Shown in pieces: positions 19,808 through 28,344 of a DNA stretch of 64,000 bases (position 1 is the stretch's first letter; each line of letters opens with the position of its first letter). Source of the stretch: Candidatus Latescibacterota bacterium (GTDB lineage Bacteria > Latescibacterota > UBA2968 > UBA8231); contig CBDAOB010000004.1 of the NCBI GenBank assembly GCA_965197905.1, forward strand, positions 1,971,857-2,035,856. The letters are read 5' to 3'. Made by a program: the position numbers and the translations under genes. Below the pieces are notes generated by a model. That model saw only the letters and a program-made list of their open reading frames with translations, was not told the origin of the DNA and did not search any database.

Positions 19808-21268
19808 ATGTTGGCCACGGTTTTGATTGCAACACTCTTGTTCGTCGGAACTCCTTTGTATGCAGGACTGTTCGACGATTTCGAAGATGTGGGCGAGCTG
19901 GGAGATCACGTATTCTCTGGCGGCCCCGGTGTCGATGGAATTCCCGCCATGAACAACCCTACGTTCGTGAGTCCCGAACAGATCGGCTACGTTCGCGAAG
20001 ACGATCTGGTGCTGGGCATGTTTGTGGGCGGTGTCGCCAAAGCGTATCCGGAAAATCTGGGTTGGCGGCACGAGATCATCAACGACATTATCGGTGGACA
20101 GCCCATCTCAGTGACCTTCTGCCCCTTGACCGGAACGGGTCTGGTGTTCGCCGCCGCCGACGAGCAGGGTCAGCAGTTCGAGCTGGGAGTGTCAGGACTG
20201 CTCATCAACAGCAACCTGGTCATGTACGATCGCCGCGATTTCCGCACCCTTTACCCGCAGATGATCTACACGGGAATCACCGGCGACTTCAAGGATCAAA
20301 GGCTCGAGCTTTTGCCGGTGGTCGAAACCACCTACCGTTTGTGGAAGCAGATGTATCCTGAAACCGAGGTCGCCCAATCGGGAACGGGGCTCGAGGCGTA
20401 CGGGGCTCGGGCGAACAGTTACGCAACGGACCCCGCGATTTACGAACGCTACCCGTATATATCGTCGCTGGGCGATTACCGGACATCGAACGACTACATC
20501 ATCTTTCCATGGACTACCTCCGAGCCTGATCTCTCCTTGTTCGAGGTCAAGGATGTGGTGCTCGGGGTGTGCAGCGGCGACCAGACTATAGCGTATCCGT
20601 TTATAACCATGCCCTCACAGGCGGTGATCAATGACGAAATCGCCGACCTGAAATTCGTCGTCGTCTACGACGCGGCAAACAAAACTGCGTTACCCTTTGA
20701 CCGAACGGTCAACGGCCAGGTCCTGAGTTTTTTCCAGGTGAAATCCGACTCGGAGCTTCCCGTCGAATTCATGGACGTCGAGACTCGAAGCCGGTGGGAT
20801 ATGCGTGGTCGCGCGCTGGAAGGACCTCTCGAGGGCCGCCAGCTTCAACAGGTACCGGCCTACAACTCTATGTGGTTTGCCTGGAGCACCTACTGGCCGG
20901 ATACGGCGGTATGGGACGGTGAGGGTACTATCGACGATCCGCCCGAGATTACCGCGGTCTCGGAGAGTCAAGACCTCACGCCTGTGTATTTCTCATTGGC
21001 GCAGAACTACCCGAACCCGTTCAATCCTTTCACCCAGATCGAGTACAACCTCGCCGCGACCGGCCACGTTCGCCTGTCGGTATTCAACGCCGCCGGCCAG
21101 CGGATCCGCACCTTGGTGGACGGAGTAGAAGGGCCGGGACTCTACTTGCGCGGTTGGGATGGCCGTGATGACAACGGGGCGCTCACCGGCAGCGGGGTTT
21201 ACGTCTATCGGCTAGAGCTCCCGGAAGCGGGGGTCACCGAGTCGAAGAAGATGATTCTCGCGAGGTAG
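19808..21268 (+). CDS. Full-length DUF3179 protein (Cys form) with C-terminal FlgD-Ig / T9SS-like sorting domain
   Basis: Signal peptide, GGPGVDGIPAMNNP, HEIIND, VTFCPLTGTG, SNLVMYDR and MWFAW, then LAQNYPNPFNP...WDGRDDNG...SGVYVYRL. Confidence 0.9.
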   Translation: MLATVLIATLLFVGTPLYAGLFDDFEDVGELGDHVFSGGPGVDGIPAMNNPTFVSPEQIGYVREDDLVLGMFVGGVAKAYPENLGWRHEIINDIIGGQPISVTFCPLTGTGLVFAAADEQGQQFELGVSGLLINSNLVMYDRRDFRTLYPQMIYTGITGDFKDQRLELLPVVETTYRLWKQMYPETEVAQSGTGLEAYGARANSYATDPAIYERYPYISSLGDYRTSNDYIIFPWTTSEPDLSLFEVKDVVLGVCSGDQTIAYPFITMPSQAVINDEIADLKFVVVYDAANKTALPFDRTVNGQVLSFFQVKSDSELPVEFMDVETRSRWDMRGRALEGPLEGRQLQQVPAYNSMWFAWSTYWPDTAVWDGEGTIDDPPEITAVSESQDLTPVYFSLAQNYPNPFNPFTQIEYNLAATGHVRLSVFNAAGQRIRTLVDGVEGPGLYLRGWDGRDDNGALTGSGVYVYRLELPEAGVTESKKMILAR

Positions 21269-21345
21269 TACTCCCACTGGCCCCGAGTCGGTTTTCACCT
21301 TCTCCTGACGTCGGACCCGCAGCCGCCCCCGCGCTGGGTTTCTAA

Positions 21346-21374
21346 TTGACATGCGGCAGCACACCCAGTACGTT
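21346..21374 (+). promoter_or_regulatory. Sigma70-type promoter candidate
   Basis: TTGACA-17 nt-TACGTT upstream of 21433. Confidence 0.5.
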
Positions 21375-21432
21375 TCTCGGTCCGATTCTGCATCAATACC
21401 TTCACACCTGACTTTCCACGGGAACCGACCGA

Positions 21433-22893
21433 ATGACGGGTTCTTTTCGACAAGCTGTAGTTGCAGGTTTCGCACTATTTGCGCTTCTCATTTCCGCTGC
21501 TGGCGCGCAGTCTACTGAGGAGCTCTTGCGTGAGCTGGAGCAGTTGAAAAAGGAAGTCGAGCGCCGGCGCGCTTCCCTCAACCGCGAGCTCAGCGTCTTG
21601 AAACAAGCTCTTGGCAGCCAGGAATCCGCTTCCCAGATCCCCAGCGTTGAGGCGGGTATGATGACACGTACCGAGCTTGAGGCGGAGCTGCGAATGATGC
21701 GGGAAGAGCTGCAGATTCTGCGTGAGGAGATGGCGAAGAAACGCCCCGCTGGAACCGCCGGAAGGGTTAAGATCCAGGGGCAGATGAGGACTCGTATTGA
21801 ATGGATCGACAACGATTTCCAGATCGGTCGAGCCGACCTGGCGCATCTGTTGCGCACGCGGGTGAGCGTCATTGGAGCGCCGTACGATGATACGAAGGTC
21901 GTGGTGCAAGCGCAGGATTCGCGGCTCTTCGGAGAAGAGAGCAGCACCTTGGGGGACGGCAGCGGCGATCAAATCGACTTCCACCAGGCATACGTGCAGT
22001 TGGACCAGGTCTTTGACCAGCCCATTACCTTGAAGTTTGGGCGTCAGGAAATCGTTTATGGGGGCCAACGCCTCGTTGGCGCGGTTGGGTGGCACAATGT
22101 TGGCCGCAGCTTCGATGCGGCATCTATACGTATCGGTAGCGACGCCTACGTCGACCTGTTCAACGCGAAACTGGCAGAGCGTGGGACACTCGACAGGAAT
22201 CTCTATGGTGTGTACGGTCATGCGGAAAGCCCCGCGCGGGTTATCTGGGAGCCGTACCTGCTTTTCGAGCACGACAAGAACTCCCTTCCCGACAACATCA
22301 AACGCGCCACCGTCGGGTTATACGCCACCGGCTTTTTCACCGGCACCTCCGGCCACGGTTTCAGCTACGAGTTGGAAGGAGCCCTGCAAGCCGGAGAACG
22401 GGCGGGGCAGGATGTGCTGGCATTTTTGGGCGCCGGTTCGGCCAGTTACATCTCTCCCAGTTGGCGCAAGCACAAGGTGACCCTGGGCCTCGATTTCCTC
22501 TCCGGAGATGACGACCTGAACGATACCGACAACAAGGCCTTTGACACGCTGTTCGCCACCAATCACAAATACTATGGCTTGATGGACTTGTTTTTTGCCG
22601 AAAAAACCAATCACGCCGGCCAGATGGGACTCATGGACGCCATACTGAAGGGCCAAATGAAAGCCTCCGACAAGGTCAAACTCAGCCTGGATGTCCACCA
22701 CTTTCAGCTGGTGGAAGGCGCCGAGAAGGTGCTCGGACAGGAGATCGACACCACCGTCGACTACACCTACAACCAGGCCTACCGTCTCCAGTGGGGCGCC
22801 GGAGTATTCGTGCCTGGAGACGCGATGAAAACTAGATCGGGCGGTGATGAAATCGCTTTCAAGTCGTATTTGCAGACAATAGCTGCGTTTTAA
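21433..22893 (+). CDS. Alginate-export (AlgE-like) family porin with N-terminal coiled coil
   Basis: VQAQDSR, DFHQAY, KFGRQEIVYGGQRLVG...W...RSFDA and FDTLFATNHKYYGLMDLF, ending in a C-terminal Phe. Confidence 0.85.
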   Translation: MTGSFRQAVVAGFALFALLISAAGAQSTEELLRELEQLKKEVERRRASLNRELSVLKQALGSQESASQIPSVEAGMMTRTELEAELRMMREELQILREEMAKKRPAGTAGRVKIQGQMRTRIEWIDNDFQIGRADLAHLLRTRVSVIGAPYDDTKVVVQAQDSRLFGEESSTLGDGSGDQIDFHQAYVQLDQVFDQPITLKFGRQEIVYGGQRLVGAVGWHNVGRSFDAASIRIGSDAYVDLFNAKLAERGTLDRNLYGVYGHAESPARVIWEPYLLFEHDKNSLPDNIKRATVGLYATGFFTGTSGHGFSYELEGALQAGERAGQDVLAFLGAGSASYISPSWRKHKVTLGLDFLSGDDDLNDTDNKAFDTLFATNHKYYGLMDLFFAEKTNHAGQMGLMDAILKGQMKASDKVKLSLDVHHFQLVEGAEKVLGQEIDTTVDYTYNQAYRLQWGAGVFVPGDAMKTRSGGDEIAFKSYLQTIAAF

Positions 22894-22952
22894 TCGCTCC
22901 GGAGCGCGGTCGGTCCGACCATTCTCGCTTCGCGCTTACTCAAGGAATCGCC

Positions 22953-23726
22953 ATGGCATCCCTCAAGATCAATTTCATAGGTCACGCCTCCTTCCGGATC
23001 GAATCTGAGAAGGGCACAGTTATCTATTTCGATCCCTGGTTCGACGACAACCCGACGTCGAAGGCGAAACTCGCCCAGGTCCGGAAGGCGGACATCGTCG
23101 TTGCGACCCACGGTCACCGCGACCACATCGGAGATGCCTACGAGGTGTGCAAGCGGACCAAAGCGAAGTTCGTGGGGTGTTACGAGTTGTGCCTAGTCGC
23201 CGAAAGCCACGGGCTAAAAATGGGGAGCCGCGCGGTGCCGATGAACCCGGGTGGCACGGTGCGCATCAAGGACGTTCAGCTCACCATGACTCAGGCTCAT
23301 CACTCGCTATCACTTTCATCTCACGTTATTCCCGGTTCCGCGCCGGACGGACAGCTGTTTCACGCCGACGGTGCTGTCTGCGGTTTTGTCCTGGCGTTCG
23401 ACAACGGGATCACGGTTTATGATACATCCGACACCTGCCTGTTCAGCGATATGCAGCTGATTAGCCAGATGTACGGGCCGCAAATTGCGATTATGCCAGT
23501 GGGTGGCCAATTTACCATGGGCGTTCGTGAAGCGGCCCGCGCCGCCAGTTATATTCGGCCGGATGTCCTGATTCCATGTCACTACGGTCCAGTGATGGGA
23601 CAGCACGCCGACATAGGCGAGTTGCGCCGAGAGGTGCGATTCCTTTCACCCAATGTGCAGATTGCCGAACTAAAGCCGGGTCAAACCCTTTCCTACAGAT
23701 CCAGCAGTCATTCCGTAGGTCGCTAG
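22953..23726 (+). CDS. Metal-dependent hydrolase, metallo-beta-lactamase fold (UPF0173-like)
   Basis: GHASF, DPW, THGHRDH and IPCHY. Confidence 0.88.
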   Translation: MASLKINFIGHASFRIESEKGTVIYFDPWFDDNPTSKAKLAQVRKADIVVATHGHRDHIGDAYEVCKRTKAKFVGCYELCLVAESHGLKMGSRAVPMNPGGTVRIKDVQLTMTQAHHSLSLSSHVIPGSAPDGQLFHADGAVCGFVLAFDNGITVYDTSDTCLFSDMQLISQMYGPQIAIMPVGGQFTMGVREAARAASYIRPDVLIPCHYGPVMGQHADIGELRREVRFLSPNVQIAELKPGQTLSYRSSSHSVGR

Positions 23727-23855
23727 ACGGGTTCACGGTGCCATCGGGTCTTCGGTTAAGCGGCTGCCAACGGCCGATTGTCTAAATACAAGCATTAGTC
23801 CGCTCGAGTCCGCATGTGAGTAATCGGCGACCGCCAACCACATAAGGGAGAAAAA

Positions 23856-25166
23856 ATGGCGCGTTTCACCTGGCTAAAGCTCGCGGCTCCGTGTGTCGTC
23901 CTTCTCGTGTTGACGCAATGTGGTAAGCAGGGTGAATCGGGCAGGGGAAGTGGCACCGGACAGCGGTCCTGGTCCGGCAGGCCCGGCTCGAGCGGGGGAG
24001 CCATTCCCGTGCGGGCGGAGAGCGTTACCAGAGGCAATATTACCGCTTTCGTGGAAACACATGCGCGCCTAGAGGCCGAAAGATGGGTTGATATTCTTGC
24101 CCGTACGACTGGCCTAGTAACGCGGATTGCCGTAGAGGAAGGCGATCGCGTAGTGGCCGGACAAGTGCTGGCACGCCTCGACCAGGAAGAGATGAAGCTG
24201 CGGGTGCGGCAGGTGGAGGTTGCGTTGGAGCAGTCCCACGCGGCGTTCGAGCGCACCAAAGTCCTGTTCGATCGCGAGCTGGTCAGTGAGGAGGAGTACG
24301 ATGCGGCAAAACATCAGGTCCAAGACATTGAAGTAGGACTGGAGGAGGCGAAATTCAATCTATCCCATACCACGATTCGGGCCCCGATGGCGGGTCTGGT
24401 CATGCGCCGCTCCACTGAGGTTGGACGCTTGGTCCGCACCAACGACCAGATCTTCTCCATGGCCGACGTGGAACCCCTGCTGGCGCGTATTCACATTCCG
24501 GAGAAGCGGATGCGGCAAGTGCGTGTCGGCCAGCGGGCACACTTGAGTGTAGATAGCTTCCCCGACCGAATTTTTGACGCCTCGGTGCGCATGATCAACC
24601 CCGGTGTGGATCCGCAAAGCGGCACCGTCAAGGTCACCCTCGAAGTTCCGCCCCACGGCGCCAGCCTCAAGCCCGGCATGTTCGCCTCGGTGCGCATCAT
24701 TACCGAGCAGCACGACGGCGCCTTGATCGTTCCGAAACAGGCGCTGGTATTGGAGACGGATGAGGACGATCTGTTTATTTTCGCGGACAGCGTTGCCCGG
24801 CGGATCTCGGTCAAGCTGGGACTCATTGATGGCAACCGGGTCGAGGTACTGTCCGGCTTGCAGGCGACTGACCGCGTTATCACGATTGGCCACGAGGGGC
24901 TCAAGGACGGCGCCAATGTGCGACTGGCCGGAGCCCCGCCGGCGTCACCTGAAGCCGACAAGGCGCCCCCAACCGGGGCCGGTGCGGGAGGGGGTGGGTG
25001 GAACCCGGGTGGACCGTCGGGAGGCGACGGGCAAGGCCGGCGATCGATGCCGGATTCGGCCACCTTCATTCAACGAGCGCAGGGTCGCGGCATGAGCGAA
25101 GCAGACGCGATAGCGCGCTGGAAGCGCATGTCTCAGCGATTCGAGAATCGCAACGCTGACGATTGA
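23856..25166 (+). CDS. RND efflux periplasmic adaptor (MFP)
   Basis: VEEGDRVVAGQVLARLD, IRAPMAG and LKPGMF; lipoprotein-like N-terminus. Confidence 0.92.
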   Translation: MARFTWLKLAAPCVVLLVLTQCGKQGESGRGSGTGQRSWSGRPGSSGGAIPVRAESVTRGNITAFVETHARLEAERWVDILARTTGLVTRIAVEEGDRVVAGQVLARLDQEEMKLRVRQVEVALEQSHAAFERTKVLFDRELVSEEEYDAAKHQVQDIEVGLEEAKFNLSHTTIRAPMAGLVMRRSTEVGRLVRTNDQIFSMADVEPLLARIHIPEKRMRQVRVGQRAHLSVDSFPDRIFDASVRMINPGVDPQSGTVKVTLEVPPHGASLKPGMFASVRIITEQHDGALIVPKQALVLETDEDDLFIFADSVARRISVKLGLIDGNRVEVLSGLQATDRVITIGHEGLKDGANVRLAGAPPASPEADKAPPTGAGAGGGGWNPGGPSGGDGQGRRSMPDSATFIQRAQGRGMSEADAIARWKRMSQRFENRNADD

Positions 25167-25169
25167 GTT

Positions 25170-28100
25170 GTGACGCTAGTCGAGTTTTCCACTTCCCGCC
25201 GGGTTACGGTGGCCATGTGTATGGTCGCCATCGTTGCCTTTGGCCTGGTTGGCTTCGATCGACTGGCGGTCAATCTCCTTCCGGACATCACCTATCCCAC
25301 CATTACCGTACGAACCGAGTTTCCCGGAGTTGCCCCCGCTGAGGTCGAGCACCTGATCTCGGAACCACTGGAGGAGCTGGTGGGGGTCGTTGGCAACGTC
25401 ATCCGCGTGAGTTCTATCTCGCGGCCGGGCATATCCGATGTTGTGGTGGAGTTCGCTTGGGGGACCAACATGGACTTCGCCTCCCTCGACATTCGCGAAA
25501 AGCTCGATCTCGCCCAGCTGCCTTTGGAGGCAGAACGGCCGATCCTCCTGCGTTTCGATCCCTCCCTTGATCCGATCCTTCGAATCATGCTCTACGGCAA
25601 CGATAACCTGTTGGAGCTGCGCCGTCTCGCCGACGAACGTGCCAGGCTCGAACTCGAGAGCCTCGAAGGGGTGGCTGCCGTGCGCATAGCGGGGGGAATG
25701 GAAGAAGAGATCCAGGTCGAGGTGGAGACCTCGCGGCTGGCCAATCTCGGGATCTCCATCGATCAAGTGACCAATCGGCTGGCCGCCGAAAACGTCAACC
25801 TGACAGGAGGTTTGCTCAAGGACGGCGAAGCTGAATTTCTGGTGCGTACCATCAATGAGTTCCAGGATCCAGAGGACATCGCCGCAGTGATCGTAGCCAG
25901 AATCGGCTTGGCCCCGATCAGACTCGGGGATGTCGGCAGGGTCTTCAGAGGCCACAAAGATCGGGATATTATTACCCGGTACGATGGCCGCGAGGGCGTT
26001 GAGATCGCCATTTTCAAGGAGGGGGATGCCAACACGGTTGTCGTGTCCGACGCCGTCAAAGACAAGCTGAGCTTGCTTTCCCAGGAAGGCGGCGGTTTGC
26101 TGCAAGGGGCCAAGGTGGAGGTCGTCTTTGATCAAGCGACGTTTATCGAACAGGCGGTCGACGAGGTTTTGAACGCCGCTGTCCTAGGTGGCATTCTGGC
26201 GATTTTCGTTCTCTATCTTTTCCTGCGGGATTTGAAGAGTACAGCCATTATCGGCCTTTCCATTCCCATCTCCGTCGTCGCCACCTTCTTCGCCATGTAC
26301 GCCTCGGGGATAAGCCTCAACATCATGTCCCTCGGCGGCCTCGCGCTTGGGGTGGGCATGCTGGTGGACAGTTCCATAGTAGTTTTGGAAAGCGTACAGC
26401 GCTACAAGTCGCAGGGGGAGTCCCCGTTGCGGGCGGCCAGAGAAGGCAGTAGCGTGGTCGCCAAAGCCGTCGTGGCGGCGACCCTGACCACGATCTGCGT
26501 GTTCGTGCCGATCGTTTTCGTCGAGGGTGTTGCCGGCCAGCTCTTTGCCGATCAGGCCCTTACGGTCACCTACTCGCTGGTCGCCTCTTTGATCGTTGCG
26601 TTGATGCTGATTCCGATGTTGGCCTCTCTGTCTATGAACGGCGCCGAGGATGAGCCATCGACCGCCGGGATTGCGGTTCGCGCTCCCGCGCATGGTCTGC
26701 GACTCTTGATCTGGGTTTTCCGCCGTATCGGTGGCCTGTTGTCCACTTTGGTGTGGCCGCTGGTCTGGCTCTTTGAGGGGATCTATGAAGCCCTAGCCAA
26801 GCGCTACCCGGCCGTTCTCGCGTGGGCCTTGCGCCACCGGCCGACTGTTATCGTGGGGTTCGCGGTGATCGCCGTCACCGTGCTTTCTATGGCTTCGAGG
26901 CTGGGAGTCGAGCTCATCCCCGAAATGAGTCAAGGCGAATTCCTGGTTGACCTTGAGTGGTCCGCAGGCACGTCGTTAGAACAGACGGCGGCGGGTGTGG
27001 CCATGATTGAAGCGGAACTCGGAAGGTTGCAGGGTGTGGCCTCGGTGTTCGGTCGCGTCGGATCCAGCGGCGAATCCGGCGGTGACGCGGGCGAGAAGAA
27101 GGAGCATGTCGCCCAGTTGCATGTGCGGCTCGAGGTGGGAACCGCGCGCGAGGACGAGACGTGGGTGATGAGACAGGCCCGCGACCGCTTACGCAGCGTG
27201 CCCGATCTCAATATTCTGTTCTCCCGGCCTTCCTATTTTTCTTTTCGCACACCCATCGAAGTGGAAATAAACGGCAACGACCTTGAGACCCTGAGGCTCC
27301 TGGCGGCGGAAGTGGTGACACGTGTGCAGACGATTCCCGGATTGACCGATGTCGAATCCAGCGCTCAAGAAGGGCAGCCAGAGGTGCAGGTAAGGTTCGA
27401 TCGCCGACGCATCGCCGAACTTGGAACAACCATTCAGGCCGTAGGCGAGTTGCTTCGCAATCAGCTTCAGGGCGACGTGGCCACCGAGCTGAACCGAAAG
27501 GATCGCACGATCGACATCCGCGTGCGCTCCACCCAAGAAGAGCGGCGCAATCTGGACGACCTGCGGCAGTTGATCGTTAGTCCTGCGTCGTATCCCGTTC
27601 CCGTGCCTCTGGAGGCGGTAGCGACCGTGCACCTGGTCGACGGCCCGGCCGAGATTCGCCGTCTGGACCAGGAGCGAGCCGCCGTGGTGACGGCGAATCT
27701 GAGCGGCCGCGATCTGGGTAGCGTAGTGCGGGATATCGAGGTGGCGACCGGTGACATCGCCATTCCCGAAGGATTCGATATCGGCGTTGCGGGGCAGAAC
27801 GAGGAGATGGTGCGGTCCTTCGACAGCCTGAAGTTCGCGCTGGCGTTGGCCGTGTTTCTGGTGTATCTGGTGATGGCATCCCAGTTTGAGTCCTTATTGC
27901 ACCCCTTGGTTATCATGCTGACCATTCCACTCGGTCTCGTCGGCAGCGCCCTAGGCCTGATGATCACCGATCAAACCATCAGTGTGGTCGTCTTGATCGG
28001 CCTGATCATGCTCGCCGGCATCGTCGTCAACAACGCCATCGTACTGGTTGACTACATCAACCACCTCAGACGGGTCGAACACCTGAAAAAATTCGAAGCC

Positions 28101-28313
28101 GTAGTAGAGGCAGGCCAGGTGCGTTTCCGTCCGATTTTAATGACCACGACGACAACGGTGCTTGGCCTCTTACCGATGGCGGTGGGGCTGGGTGAAGGTG
28201 CAGAGATCCGGGCTCCCATGGCGATTGCGGTGATCGGCGGGCTGCTGGTCTCCACGGTGTTGACTCTGGTGGTCATTCCAGCCGTGTATACGGTGGTGGA
28301 TCGCAGTCCATAG
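25170..28313 (+). CDS. RND efflux permease (AcrB/AcrD/AcrF family)
   Basis: LLPDITYP, GMLVDSSIVVLE, SQFES and RFRPILMT. Confidence 0.95.
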   Translation: MTLVEFSTSRRVTVAMCMVAIVAFGLVGFDRLAVNLLPDITYPTITVRTEFPGVAPAEVEHLISEPLEELVGVVGNVIRVSSISRPGISDVVVEFAWGTNMDFASLDIREKLDLAQLPLEAERPILLRFDPSLDPILRIMLYGNDNLLELRRLADERARLELESLEGVAAVRIAGGMEEEIQVEVETSRLANLGISIDQVTNRLAAENVNLTGGLLKDGEAEFLVRTINEFQDPEDIAAVIVARIGLAPIRLGDVGRVFRGHKDRDIITRYDGREGVEIAIFKEGDANTVVVSDAVKDKLSLLSQEGGGLLQGAKVEVVFDQATFIEQAVDEVLNAAVLGGILAIFVLYLFLRDLKSTAIIGLSIPISVVATFFAMYASGISLNIMSLGGLALGVGMLVDSSIVVLESVQRYKSQGESPLRAAREGSSVVAKAVVAATLTTICVFVPIVFVEGVAGQLFADQALTVTYSLVASLIVALMLIPMLASLSMNGAEDEPSTAGIAVRAPAHGLRLLIWVFRRIGGLLSTLVWPLVWLFEGIYEALAKRYPAVLAWALRHRPTVIVGFAVIAVTVLSMASRLGVELIPEMSQGEFLVDLEWSAGTSLEQTAAGVAMIEAELGRLQGVASVFGRVGSSGESGGDAGEKKEHVAQLHVRLEVGTAREDETWVMRQARDRLRSVPDLNILFSRPSYFSFRTPIEVEINGNDLETLRLLAAEVVTRVQTIPGLTDVESSAQEGQPEVQVRFDRRRIAELGTTIQAVGELLRNQLQGDVATELNRKDRTIDIRVRSTQEERRNLDDLRQLIVSPASYPVPVPLEAVATVHLVDGPAEIRRLDQERAAVVTANLSGRDLGSVVRDIEVATGDIAIPEGFDIGVAGQNEEMVRSFDSLKFALALAVFLVYLVMASQFESLLHPLVIMLTIPLGLVGSALGLMITDQTISVVVLIGLIMLAGIVVNNAIVLVDYINHLRRVEHLKKFEAVVEAGQVRFRPILMTTTTTVLGLLPMAVGLGEGAEIRAPMAIAVIGGLLVSTVLTLVVIPAVYTVVDRSP

Positions 28314-28344
28314 AGACGGCCAACGGCACAACGAGAATTTTGTT

